Source: a virus
Lineage: Duplodnaviria; Caudoviricetes
IMG/VR virus record: IMGVR_UViG_3300031857_000007
Length of the DNA stretch: 64,000 nucleotides
Strand: one strand, 5' to 3'
A program made the position numbers and the translations under genes. Position 1 is the first letter of the stretch. Each line of letters opens with the position of its first letter. Positions 1 to 10,800 of the stretch are shown one piece after another. The notes under the pieces are model-generated. The model was not told where the DNA came from and did not search any database. It worked only from the letters and a program-made list of their open reading frames with translations.

Positions 1-3000
1 GCTTTTTGTGTTGAAACACGACTGTCTAATGGACCTCCAATTTCATTATCTCCCAGTCCCACATCTGTAGAGAATTCTTCAATAGCAACGCCACCAGAAA
101 GACTTAATCTAAGAGAATCTAACTGACCAATAGAGACTTTATTATTGAATACAATATTTCCAGTTCTGTTATATGCAACAATAAACTGACCAATCTTAAA
201 GTCTCCGAGTTCATTTGTTCCTGAAGTATAAACTCTTCCTCCAAGAGAATAAACTTGCTCAGATGCTGGATCTGTTTTGCCACCATTTTGTGGTAATGCA
301 TTATAATCAATTCCTGATCCCGAAAATTCCCAGGTGTGAGAAGAAGAGTTGACAATAGAGGGTCTATGGAAATGAATTTTATAATCTTCTACAAGGTTTG
401 CAATATTCAATATTTGATTCCCTGTTTCTGTAGAATCGACCTTAAATTCTATGGTGCAGAATGTAGTTATTCCCGTTACTGAGGTTATTGCAATTGATAC
501 TGGAGATCCACTATGATCTAAAATAGTAGAATTGGTTCCAATTCCAGTAACACCAAAATTATTTCTTATTCCTCCAACCTTTTCAACAGAAACTATCAGT
601 TCTCTTGAAGAACTATTGTAGGTATATGCATATCCTACTGCTGTTCCACCATTAACAGACTGAGTTACTTGTCTTCCTGGAACAAAATTTAAAGTGCTCG
701 ATGTAGAAGCAATACCAATTCTTTGATATGATCTATGTGTGTCAATTGTTTCATAATTAAAGAATTCTTGATTTCCTTTTTGGAAAGTATTAATACCTGT
801 TGTGACAGAAGTTAAATCTACTAACCTTGTTAAGCTCTCGTCTTCACATAGTTGGAAGTTATCAATATCAACAAACCTTACATAGTATTCGTTTTGGTTT
901 GTGAGTCCACCAATTACTTGAGCAGGTATTACACCTTCATGTCCTAGATATACTACTTTATCTCCTTGCGTAAATCCATGACTTGCAATACCTATAGTAT
1001 CTGTTGTTGTGTTAACACCAACTGCAATATTAACAGTTTTTGAGACTACTGCTTGTTTAAATGCGGATGTTTGATCTATATTATTTCCGTCAAAGAATCT
1101 TAGAACATAAAGTTCTTGATCTGTTCTTCCTAAACCAATAACTTTCAAGGTCTGAAGACCACCACTTGTACCTGTTGCAGCAGCTATACCTCTATCAAAC
1201 ACATAGGATCTTTGATTGAATCCTGTTGATTTGAGGGCATAATATCCAAAGTTAGTCGCAGAGTTTGTGATTGACAAGTATCCACCAGACTGAGCTAGTG
1301 ATCCATAACGACAGAAGATTTGGAAGCAAGAAACAACCTGAGAATATCCATCATTAATAACACGCCAACCAATTCCACCAAACGAAACCATGGTAAATGC
1401 ATTAGCAACCATGGACTTACCAAATTCTGGTTGTGGACCAATTACAGGATTTTCAGCTTCTTCAGGTATAATTGCTGTATTTGGAGTTAATACTTTAGAT
1501 CCATCAACTAAAATACCATTTCCACCTAAGAATGATAAGATAGAGCAGTTTTGGATGTATGGAGATCTTGTAATAATTGGTTTTGTTGTTTTGACTGCGT
1601 ATCCAGTTCTTGAAGCAGTTGAGTCTGCAGGATCGTCAAATGCAACAGCATAATCAAAAGTATATTGTGGAATACCAGCGGCATCCACATAATCTTTCAT
1701 TGCGAATCCTGTCACATAGCAACCATTTCTAACTCTAAATAAATCTTTTCCGGCATTTAATGGTCGTATAATAGTATTTCTTAAGTTGTCTCCAACAACT
1801 GCTACGTCTTCATAAAGAAGAATTGGGTTGTCCTCTACATACTCTCCAGCTTCAACAAAAATGCATACTGGATTTGATTTTACCGTAGGTAAAGTAACAG
1901 AAGGAGCAGCTGTTGTTCCAATACCAATAATGCTAGTAACAATACCAACATAAGATCCAATTGCACTCCAAACATCTGCACAACAATTTTCACTATATGC
2001 ATTTGGATTGCATGAATCATCATATGCAAGAGTTAAATCAAATGATTGGGATATTGTATTTTGATAAGTTGTTGGTATTCCAACATTATTAATGATATAT
2101 TTTGAAATGTCGATAATATAGCGATATGCCGCCACTGTTTCTGTTGTTTCTCCAGCAACATAACTAGTTCCAGCATTCCAATATGCTAAACCTGCCTGAA
2201 CGGTCTTTGAATTACCTCCATATGATAGGTCATAAACTATTGCGTCTACAATATATCCAATATCTCTTTTGCAAGTAGTTTCATCATATTGTGGATCTGT
2301 AAGAAGAGCTGGGTATGTAGTTGTTGTGAACCCAATAACCTCTGCTTTAATGAATTCTTTATTTGCCTCAAGTAAATTTGCAGCATCTAAATATCTTCCG
2401 CCAGGTAATACAAATGACTCAAACGATGCTAATTGTGCCGCTCTCTTGAGTGTAGCAACTGGAGCTGCTTTACCGTCGTTTGCATCATTACCGTTTGCAG
2501 TCGAAACATAAATTCTATTTTCATAAAGACCAGTATTTTCAAATGATAATCTTCCTCCAGGATTTAGTGTTAAAACTTGTCCAGGAATTCCTAAGTTTGG
2601 AGGCAGAGTTAATGTGTATGATTGTGAATTAGTTGCTGCAGATCCAACAAATCTATAAGTATTAATTCCACTTGTTTGAGTGTTAATTCCAATAAATTTT
2701 AAGTCATTGTTTAAGATTAAATTGTCGTAAGTTGCTTGTATACCACTTAATGTTGTTATAATTCCAGAATTTGCATTAAATGTTGATACACCACTTAAAA
2801 CGTTTGAAATGCCATTTATTGTTACTGATCCTGATCCAACTGTTAAGACTCCACTTATTCTAGCATCTCCAGTAACAATTAAAGTTGTATTGCCAAATCC
2901 AACTTTAACGTTACCAATTGTGCCCACTCCAGAATAATTTAAGTCTGTTCCAGATATGGTTTGAATTTGTGCGGTTGTAATTATTCCTGTGACAGAATTA

Positions 3001-5603
3001 ATAATTGTTGCCGTAGCAATTCCAGAATAATTTAAATTAGTGCCACTTAAATTTGTTATTGTACCTACACCAGAATAGTTGATATTTGTACCATTCAGGT
3101 TTGTTAGTGTTGATATTCCAGAGTAATTAATATCAGTTCCCCTTAGAGCCTGTATATTAGCGTCTGTTGCGTTGAAATTGATTATAGTACCAACACCAAT
3201 ATACTCTAAATTAGTACCTGAAATTTCGGTAATTAGACCAACATTAGAAAATGTGTTATCATAATATAAAGTATTTCCTCTCAAACTACTAATACTTGCA
3301 ACTCCAGATAGTGTGAAGTCTGTAGCAAACAATTCATTGACCGTTGAAATTCCAGAATAGTTTAAATTTGTACCATTTAGATTTTGGATACTTCCATTTC
3401 CAGAATAGTCAATATTCGTTCCATACAAGGAATCTATAGTTCCGATACCAGTGTACTTAACATTTGTTCCTAATAGAGTTGAAACAGTTCCTACACCAGA
3501 ATAATTTAAGTTGGTTCCCCTCACATATGCAATATTTGAATCATCGGAATTTAAATTGGAAATCGTTCCAATTCCGGAGTAACTAATGTTAGTACCTGTT
3601 AGGTTTGGAATAGTTCCAAATCCAGAAACATTAATATCTGACGAATTTAATGTTGTAAATGTTCCAACACCAGAATAGTTAATATCTGTACCGGATATGC
3701 TAGAAATTGTACCTATACCAGAATAATTTAAGTTAGTCCCAATTATATTTGCAATAGATCCAATTCCAGCATATTCTAAATTTGTACCTTTAAGTTCTGG
3801 AATAGTTCCAATTCCAGAGGAATTTAAATTTATTGTCGTTACGTCGTCAAAGGATCCTTCTAAAAATGTTGCAGTATCTCCATCTAATGTGGTTACTGTT
3901 CCACTAGAATAATTTAAAGTACTTCCGCTAATGTCAGAAATATTTGCTGTGGTACTGTTAAGAGTTGCAATAGTACCAATACCAGAATAATTTATGTTAG
4001 TTCCTTCTAAGTATTGGAGTGTGCTTATTCCAGAATAATTGATATTGGTACCAGATAAGGTATCGATTGTTCCAATTCCAGAATAGTTTAGATTTGTTCC
4101 TCTTAAAGTATCTAGTGAAGAAATGCCAACATTTTCAATATCAGTTGTTTTTAATTGAGATATTGTACCAACACCAGAATAATTTAAATTTGTACCATTT
4201 ATCGTTGCAAAACTACTTATTCCACTGTAGTTTATGTTAGTGCCATTTAAATCTGCGACAGTACCAACACCAGAATAATTTAGATTTGTTCCATTTAAAT
4301 ATGCTAATGTGCTTACTCCAACATACTCTATGTCAGATCCTTTAAGATTTGATACTGTACTTAATCCAGTATAATTTAATGTTGATCCTTCAAGTGTAGA
4401 AATTGTTGCAATTCCACTTATTACAATATCTGTCGAAGCAACAGATGTAAAGTTTGCATTATTATAGGTTATTTGATCTCCACTAAGAGTTGGTATATCT
4501 GCGCTTGCAAATGTCGCTATTCCACTGTAGTTTATATCTACACCATTTAGTGAGGATATTGTTCCTATACCAGTATAAGATAGATTAGATCCTCTTAAAT
4601 CTGATAATGTGCTTACCCCAGAATAATACAAATCTGTACCTATTAATCTGGATATTGTTCCTACACCAGAGTAATTTAGGTTCTCTCCAATTAACGTTGT
4701 AACACTTCCAACACCAGAATAATTGATATTTGTACCAGATAAGGTATCAATTGTTCCAATTCCAGAATAGTTTAGATTTTCTCCAGTTAGAGTATTAATT
4801 GTGGAAATACCTGAATAATTTAGGTTTTGTCCATTTATTTTACCAATATATCCATCTGAATATGACAATCCTATGCCACTTATTGTTGTAATTATACCAA
4901 CACCAAAATTACCAATAGATGCATAAATATCCGAACTAAGTCCAACGGAAGTTGCATTTATACTTCCAAAAGTTCCAACTCCACTATAGGTTAAAAACGT
5001 TCCTGAAATATTGGTAACTACACCAACAGCGGACCTTAGATTTTGTAAAGTAGAAATACCAGAATAATTTGCATTTACTCCAGTTAAGTTTGTAATAATT
5101 CCTACGTTATATTCTAATCCTGATCCAGATAAAGAAGTTATAATTCCGACCGAATAATTTAATTCATATCCTTGTAAGGTATTTGCAATACCAACACCAT
5201 ATGTTAAAGTATCTACAGAAAGAGTACCAATAGTACCAACACCAGTAGCAACAATATTTGTCGATTGTACTGAAGTTGTTTCAACTAAATTTGTGAGTAC
5301 AGTATTTGCAGCAAGAGCTGATGGGTCCAAATAACTGCTACCAGTTTTATATGTTGTATTGGTAATGGTTATACCAGAACCAATTCTTATCTCTCCACCA
5401 TCTCCGTCAAGAGTAACTGTATTCCCAGAACCAAAAGTCGCTATTCCAGAAACCTTTGCTGTACCAAAAACTTCTAAATCAGAAGAAGCATTATTGGTTT
5501 TTATACCAACCCTACCAATAGTTGTAATTACAGTGTTATTCTCTGTAAAAGAACTTACACCAACATTTAACTGAGATTTTCTTCCGCTTAGAAATTTGTC
5601 CAT
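1..5603 (-). CDS. Large tail-fibre/virion structural protein, partial (at least 1867 aa, C-terminus runs off the window start)
   Basis: Absent from the ORF track because it has no stop in the window. ATG at 5603 (MDKFLSGRKSQLNVGVSS); the same frame reads ..GLGDNEIGGPLDSRVSTQK at position 3. Contains many GTNLNYSGIGT-type repeats, then NGNDANDGKAAPVATLKRAAQ and SPYIQNCS/KSMVANAFT beta-helix-like segments that resemble the 526-aa neighbour. Confidence 0.85.
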   Translation of the reverse strand, partial: MDKFLSGRKSQLNVGVSSFTENNTVITTIGRVGIKTNNASSDLEVFGTAKVSGIATFGSGNTVTLDGDGGEIRIGSGITITNTTYKTGSSYLDPSALAANTVLTNLVETTSVQSTNIVATGVGTIGTLSVDTLTYGVGIANTLQGYELNYSVGIITSLSGSGLEYNVGIITNLTGVNANYSGISTLQNLRSAVGVVTNISGTFLTYSGVGTFGSINATSVGLSSDIYASIGNFGVGIITTISGIGLSYSDGYIGKINGQNLNYSGISTINTLTGENLNYSGIGTIDTLSGTNINYSGVGSVTTLIGENLNYSGVGTISRLIGTDLYYSGVSTLSDLRGSNLSYTGIGTISSLNGVDINYSGIATFASADIPTLSGDQITYNNANFTSVASTDIVISGIATISTLEGSTLNYTGLSTVSNLKGSDIEYVGVSTLAYLNGTNLNYSGVGTVADLNGTNINYSGISSFATINGTNLNYSGVGTISQLKTTDIENVGISSLDTLRGTNLNYSGIGTIDTLSGTNINYSGISTLQYLEGTNINYSGIGTIATLNSTTANISDISGSTLNYSSGTVTTLDGDTATFLEGSFDDVTTINLNSSGIGTIPELKGTNLEYAGIGSIANIIGTNLNYSGIGTISSISGTDINYSGVGTFTTLNSSDINVSGFGTIPNLTGTNISYSGIGTISNLNSDDSNIAYVRGTNLNYSGVGTVSTLLGTNVKYTGIGTIDSLYGTNIDYSGNGSIQNLNGTNLNYSGISTVNELFATDFTLSGVASISSLRGNTLYYDNTFSNVGLITEISGTNLEYIGVGTIINFNATDANIQALRGTDINYSGISTLTNLNGTNINYSGVGTITNLSGTNLNYSGIATATIINSVTGIITTAQIQTISGTDLNYSGVGTIGNVKVGFGNTTLIVTGDARISGVLTVGSGSVTINGISNVLSGVSTFNANSGIITTLSGIQATYDNLILNNDLKFIGINTQTSGINTYRFVGSAATNSQSYTLTLPPNLGIPGQVLTLNPGGRLSFENTGLYENRIYVSTANGNDANDGKAAPVATLKRAAQLASFESFVLPGGRYLDAANLLEANKEFIKAEVIGFTTTTYPALLTDPQYDETTCKRDIGYIVDAIVYDLSYGGNSKTVQAGLAYWNAGTSYVAGETTETVAAYRYIIDISKYIINNVGIPTTYQNTISQSFDLTLAYDDSCNPNAYSENCCADVWSAIGSYVGIVTSIIGIGTTAAPSVTLPTVKSNPVCIFVEAGEYVEDNPILLYEDVAVVGDNLRNTIIRPLNAGKDLFRVRNGCYVTGFAMKDYVDAAGIPQYTFDYAVAFDDPADSTASRTGYAVKTTKPIITRSPYIQNCSILSFLGGNGILVDGSKVLTPNTAIIPEEAENPVIGPQPEFGKSMVANAFTMVSFGGIGWRVINDGYSQVVSCFQIFCRYGSLAQSGGYLSITNSATNFGYYALKSTGFNQRSYVFDRGIAAATGTSGGLQTLKVIGLGRTDQELYVLRFFDGNNIDQTSAFKQAVVSKTVNIAVGVNTTTDTIGIASHGFTQGDKVVYLGHEGVIPAQVIGGLTNQNEYYVRFVDIDNFQLCEDESLTRLVDLTSVTTGINTFQKGNQEFFNYETIDTHRSYQRIGIASTSSTLNFVPGRQVTQSVNGGTAVGYAYTYNSSSRELIVSVEKVGGIRNNFGVTGIGTNSTILDHSGSPVSIAITSVTGITTFCTIEFKVDSTETGNQILNIANLVEDYKIHFHRPSIVNSSSHTWEFSGSGIDYNALPQNGGKTDPASEQVYSLGGRVYTSGTNELGDFKIGQFIVAYNRTGNIVFNNKVSIGQLDSLRLSLSGGVAIEEFSTDVGLGDNEIGGPLDSRVSTQK
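2930..5110 (-). repeat. Intragenic 15-aa (45-bp) degenerate repeats, consensus near GTNLNYSG(I/V)GTIxxL
   Basis: Recurrent ccagaataattta(a/g)att(t/g)gt(a/t)cc on the + strand; includes a 66-bp copy pair with 2 mismatches at 4030-4095 and 4714-4779. Confidence 0.9.
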
Positions 5604-5644
5604 TTTTTATATAAAGTCCTACTTTAATAATAGTTTGTTAATTA

Positions 5645-5989
5645 TTAGTTGAGTGTTTCTAAAACACTTGCTATAAATTTTAAATTTCCTGTGGATCCTA
5701 CACCTGTTATATTTAACTTATCTCCGGATTCAAGTACTAGTTTTCCGGATATTAAATTTGCAGAATCATTTGAAGGAATTGCAAAATCCTTTACAATCTC
5801 AGTTGTTACTGCAGTTCCTGAAACAGATCTTTCGTGCGAAAATGTGATCGTATGTGATTCGGTGTCAACATTTGCAACCTGTGCAAGAAGAACAACACCA
5901 GAGTATCCTACAGGTGCAGTATATATCCCAACTTTATTTGGAGTAACTGCGTGTGTTACTGTTTTGAATACGTTTAAAGCTAATGCCAT
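5645..5989 (-). CDS. Small beta-rich virion-associated protein (114 aa)
   Basis: ORF packed 3 bp after the preceding fibre gene; KLVLESGDKL motif typical of small cyanomyovirus fibre-accessory proteins. Confidence 0.7.
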   Translation of the reverse strand: MALALNVFKTVTHAVTPNKVGIYTAPVGYSGVVLLAQVANVDTESHTITFSHERSVSGTAVTTEIVKDFAIPSNDSANLISGKLVLESGDKLNITGVGSTGNLKFIASVLETLN

Positions 5990-5992
5990 TTT

Positions 5993-7573
5993 TTATCCTC
6001 CTAGTGCTAAAATAAATGGAGTCATTGTAGTAAATAAACTCTTTGAATAGAAGTTTCCTGATATTGTTCCGGTTTGTTGATTTACCGTAACCCCATCACC
6101 TATTCTAAAGTTTCCAGACTGATCAGTAGACGTGTATACAACTAATCCACCATTTCTCGCATCTGTTTCATTTTCTTGTATTGGTATTCCTCCTGCTGAA
6201 GGAAGAGCACTAGAAATTGTTATGCCAGAACCTACATATTCAAATGAGTGACCAGAAGCCAATATTCTACTTTGTTTAAAGAATGGGACTGTTGATCCAA
6301 CACCAACAGAATATGGAACATTATCACTTAATGTAATTGTCGAAATTCCTGAAGAAATTGGCGTGGAACTTTCGATCACATAATACGTCGGTAATATAGA
6401 TGCAATTGCTGTTGCGGTATTGATCCCAACATCTGGTGAAGATATTGTTATCGTTGGAACAGATTCATATCCTCTGCCACTGGAGACGACTTGAATATTA
6501 ATAACACTACCATTATCAATTTCTGCTACTGCCTGTGCTTGTATTCCCCAAGAAGTTGATGGTGGAGAAATTGTTACTGTTGGTGCAGAAGTATAACCTG
6601 TACCACCTGCCGAAACAGTAACTTTTTCGACGGTACTGTACAATTTATCGAAATAAACTACTTGACCATCATATGGTCTCGTATTACTAAGTCCTGAAAT
6701 AACAAATTCATTGCTGTTTGCGGATGCATATGAAGTTACAATACCAGTAAATTGAGTAGAACTTACTCCATCTGCAACCAATGCATAGTTCCCAAACGAA
6801 GAGTTTGAGTTTGTCAGATCACATGCTCCACCCGATCCACAATAGACTGCAATATCGTTACAAATAGTGAATAGAGAAACTAATTGTGCATAACCACTGT
6901 TAGTAATAGAGACACCTATTCCACCTTGATTGTACTGAGTATAGCTATCAAGGACCATTGATTTTAAATTGCCACTTGCATGATTTCCATCAATTTTCAT
7001 TCCAATGCTATTTGGAATGAAATTAGTACAATTTTGAATATATGGTGATTGTGTAATTGTTCCTGCACCTACTGGATTAAATGCAAATATTGCTTTTCCA
7101 GAATTTAGAGTGCCTGTATAAGACATCTCTGCAACATAGTTTCCATTTGTCACATAAAATAAATCAGAAGTTGCATTTTGTGGAGATACTGATACTTCTC
7201 TTAAACTATCTCCAATTATTGATACTTGTTCTGGAATTGAAAGAGGGTTATTCTCTAGATAAGATCCAGCACTAACTTTAATAACTGTTCCTGTTGTTGC
7301 TGCTGTGAGTGCTGCTCCGATTGTTCTTTTCGCGTCTCCAAGTTTTTTTCCTGTGTTTGTATCGCTTCCGTCTTGTGTGACATAAAGAATATTAGTAACT
7401 GTTGCTCCAGCACCAAGTCTTACAATATCGGTGCCAATTCCTGTTCTTTCTCTGCGGGCATATAACTCTGCATCATATGTATTAAGTCCAAGTTCTCCCA
7501 AAGGCAAATCACTTATCTGCGGTGATTTACCGGGAACTGCGGATCTTTTAATTCTAATTATAGGGGATGCCAT
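5993..7573 (-). CDS. Tail fibre/spike protein with Mtd_N-like N-terminus and pectin-lyase-like beta-helix (526 aa)
   Basis: N-terminal IRIKRSAVPGKSPQISDLPLGELGLNTYDAELY is Mtd_N-like; YVTQDGSDTNTGKKLGDAKRTIGAA starts a beta-helix; SPYIQNCTN; GGTGYTSAPTVTIS virion repeat. Confidence 0.8.
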   Translation of the reverse strand: MASPIIRIKRSAVPGKSPQISDLPLGELGLNTYDAELYARRERTGIGTDIVRLGAGATVTNILYVTQDGSDTNTGKKLGDAKRTIGAALTAATTGTVIKVSAGSYLENNPLSIPEQVSIIGDSLREVSVSPQNATSDLFYVTNGNYVAEMSYTGTLNSGKAIFAFNPVGAGTITQSPYIQNCTNFIPNSIGMKIDGNHASGNLKSMVLDSYTQYNQGGIGVSITNSGYAQLVSLFTICNDIAVYCGSGGACDLTNSNSSFGNYALVADGVSSTQFTGIVTSYASANSNEFVISGLSNTRPYDGQVVYFDKLYSTVEKVTVSAGGTGYTSAPTVTISPPSTSWGIQAQAVAEIDNGSVINIQVVSSGRGYESVPTITISSPDVGINTATAIASILPTYYVIESSTPISSGISTITLSDNVPYSVGVGSTVPFFKQSRILASGHSFEYVGSGITISSALPSAGGIPIQENETDARNGGLVVYTSTDQSGNFRIGDGVTVNQQTGTISGNFYSKSLFTTMTPFILALGG

Positions 7574-7624
7574 TTAATGCAAATCGGTATATACCTCAAA
7601 GTTCAGTATAAATGAACTTTTATA

Positions 7625-7631
7625 TATTTAT
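7625..7631 (-). promoter_or_regulatory. T4-type late promoter (ATAAATA)
   Basis: tatttat on + strand about 50 bp upstream of the 7573 start; an AAAGTTCA/TGAACTTT hairpin (7598-7620) lies in the leader. Confidence 0.6.
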
Positions 7632-7837
7632 CAATAATCTTCAGTCTGCTGAGAATCTTCAATTAAAGATTTTAAAGCCCTATTTTCTTCCGTTATACTT
7701 TCTATAATAGTTTTTAATTGATTTATCTGTGCCTCTAAAACAACGTTTTTAGTCAAAAGTTCAAAAGTTTTTTGTTGATAAACATTAATAACTTCTTTCA
7801 GGTCATTTTCATTCATATTAGTAAGTTCCGCAGTCAA
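7631..7837 (-). CDS. Small coiled-coil protein (68 aa), possible fibre assembly chaperone
   Basis: Heptad pattern (LLTKNVVLEAQINQLKTIIESI); overlaps the stop of the upstream fibre gene. Function is inferred. Confidence 0.7.
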   Translation of the reverse strand: MTAELTNMNENDLKEVINVYQQKTFELLTKNVVLEAQINQLKTIIESITEENRALKSLIEDSQQTEDY

Positions 7838-10800
7838 CTGTAATATTTTCTAATAATCTTTCTGTGCCTGAACAATTTATTATTGCTGATTGTCCAGCAC
7901 AATCATTAATCCATATAGTAGAAACCTCTATTGGTGCATAGGAGGAAACTGTTATTTGTGGACTTGTTGTTCCAACTCCAACACTTTCTGATATTTGAGA
8001 TCCAAATTTAAATCTAGAATCTGTTTGTTCCCAAATAAATGCTGACTTTTTAGATGAAGTTTGATAATAGTTGAATAAAATCCCCAAATCCCAAGTAGTA
8101 GTTGTGGATGGAGCAGATCCATCAACTACCCCAAGTTCAATTGTGCGGTCCTCTACTGTGATTGATGTTGTATTTACTTGAGTAGTTGAACCATTAACGT
8201 ATAGATTTCCACTAACAGTAAGGTCTGAAGTGGTTTGTACATTTCCTGTAGAATTGGATATGCTAATTGCAGAAGTTCCATCACTGGCTTTTAGATATTG
8301 AGATCTTACCTCTCCAAAGGTGCCTATTCCACTATAAGATATATTTGTTCCAGATAGATTAGTTACAACTCCTACAGTACTGAATAGATTTTGAACCGTT
8401 GCAATTCCACTTACATTTAAATTTGTTGCAGTTGCATTTGTAATGGTTGAATTTGTATAATTTAAAGTCGTTCCACTTAAGTTGGTTGCTGTAGAAACTC
8501 CAGTATAATTTAAATTGGTTCCTCTTAGTGATGTAATATCTGCAACTGTATAATTTAAAGTCGTTCCACTTAAGTTAGTTGCAGTAGAAATTCCGGAATA
8601 ATTTAAATTAGTTCCTCTTAGTGATGTAATATCTGCAACTGTATAATTTAAAGTAGTCCCAGTTAGAGTTTCTATTGTCCCAATTCCAGAATAATTTAGA
8701 TTAGATCCTCTAATATTTGAAATCGTACTTACGCCAGTGTATAGTAAATTGTCTCCAGTTGCGGCATAAATGTTTCCTAAGTCAAAATTTAAAGTTGTAC
8801 CATTTAGTGTAGAAATTGTACCTACACCAATAAAACTGTAATTAGTTCCTCTTAATGTAGTTACAATACCAATATTGGAATATAGATTAACAAAGTCTGC
8901 TGTTGTTCCATCAATAGTTGGTAAAGTTGCTATTCCCGAATAATTTAAATTAGTACCAGTTAATGTTGTTATGATTCCAACATTAGAATAGACAGTTGTA
9001 AAATCGGCAGTTGTACCATCAATAGTTGGTAAAGTTGCTATTCCTGAATAATTTAAATTAGTACCTACCAAGTTTGCTACAGTTCCTACACCAGAATAAT
9101 TTAAATTGGTACCTACCAAGTTTGATACAGTTCCTACACCAGAATAATTTAAATTGGTACCAGTTAATGTAGTTACAATTCCAACGTTAGAGTAAACAGT
9201 CGTAAAGTCTGCTGTTGTACCATCAATAGTTGGTAAAGTTGCTATTCCAGAATAATTTAAATTAGTACCAGTAAGAGTTGGAATTGTGCCCACACCAGAA
9301 TAATTTAAATTGGTACCTACCAAGTTTGATACAGTTCCTACACCAGAATAATTTAAATTAGTTCCTCTTAATGTAGTTACTATGCCAGTATTTGAATATA
9401 GATTAACAAAGTCTGCTGTTGTACCATCAATAGTTGGTAAAGTTGCTATTCCAGAATAATTTAAATTAGTACCAGTAAGAGTTGTGACTGTAGTAATTCC
9501 AGAAACATTCAGATTTGTAATATTTGAATTTGTGTAAGTAGCTGTAGTTCCTGATATTGTAGTAACCACACCAGTAACAATATTACCGGTTGTAAAATTG
9601 CCTGTATTATAGGTCGCCGTGGTGCCAGATAAAGTTGTAACTACACCAGTAACAATATTGCCTGTAGTGGCATTTAATGTGGTTAGATTGCCGGTATTAT
9701 AGTTTGCGGTAGTTCCTGATATTGTGGTAACTACGCCAGTGACAATATTACCTGTAGTGGCATTTAGTGTAGTTAGATTGCCGGTATTATAGGTCGCTGT
9801 GGTACCAGATAAAGTTGTAACTACACCAGTAACAATGTTGCCAGTAGTTGCATTTAATGTAGTTAAGTTACCAGTATTATATGTTGCCGTAGTTCCTGAT
9901 AGTGTTGTGACTACTCCAGTGACAATGTTACCGGTAGTGGCATTTAATGTAGTTAAGTTACCAGTATTATAGTTTGCGGTAGTTCCTGATAGTGTTGTGA
10001 CTACTCCAGTGACAATGTTACCGGTTGTAAAATTACCGGTATTATAGTTTGCGGTAGTTCCTGATATGGTAGTAACCACACCAGTAACAATATTGCCTGT
10101 AGTGGCATTTAATGTGGTTAAGTTACCAGTATTATACGTCGCTGTGGTACCAGATAAAGTTGTGACTACTCCGCTTACAATATTTGCATTGGTTATATTT
10201 GAAGTTGTGCTATCTAAAGTTGTGATTGTCCCCAATCCACTTACTTTGAGATTCACTAATGTCAAATCTGTAGCTGTAACTACACCTAATGTGGATATAC
10301 CCGAAACTACATGTATTCCAGAAGCAAAAGTTGCTATTCCAATAAATGTAGATATTCCACTTATTTTTAAATCAGTAAATGTATTTGGTGCATTTGAAAC
10401 TGCCGTTTCAATTGTATTGATTGTAATAGCATCTAAAGATAATATATTTTGTAATTGTCTTTCGTTACTAATTACCTGAGTAGATCCAATGCTTACAGAA
10501 AATGCTGTCAGTATTCCTGTAGCAGAAATATTTCCATTAGGATCTAATCTTATATTAGTTATAGATGTTGATGGACCAACTCTAACAAATCCTTTATTGT
10601 ATTGATTTCCATTGTAATCAACATACCAAGATGGTGAACCTACATTATTTAAATAGTAACCACCAGTTGTGGAATTTGTAATTACTGTGCCCGATTCTGG
10701 ATAAAATAAACTTCCAGGAATCGAATCTGATCCATCAGTTATTCGACCTACGCTTAATTTTGCAACGGATCCATAACTTGCAATTCTTGTGTCTTTATAT

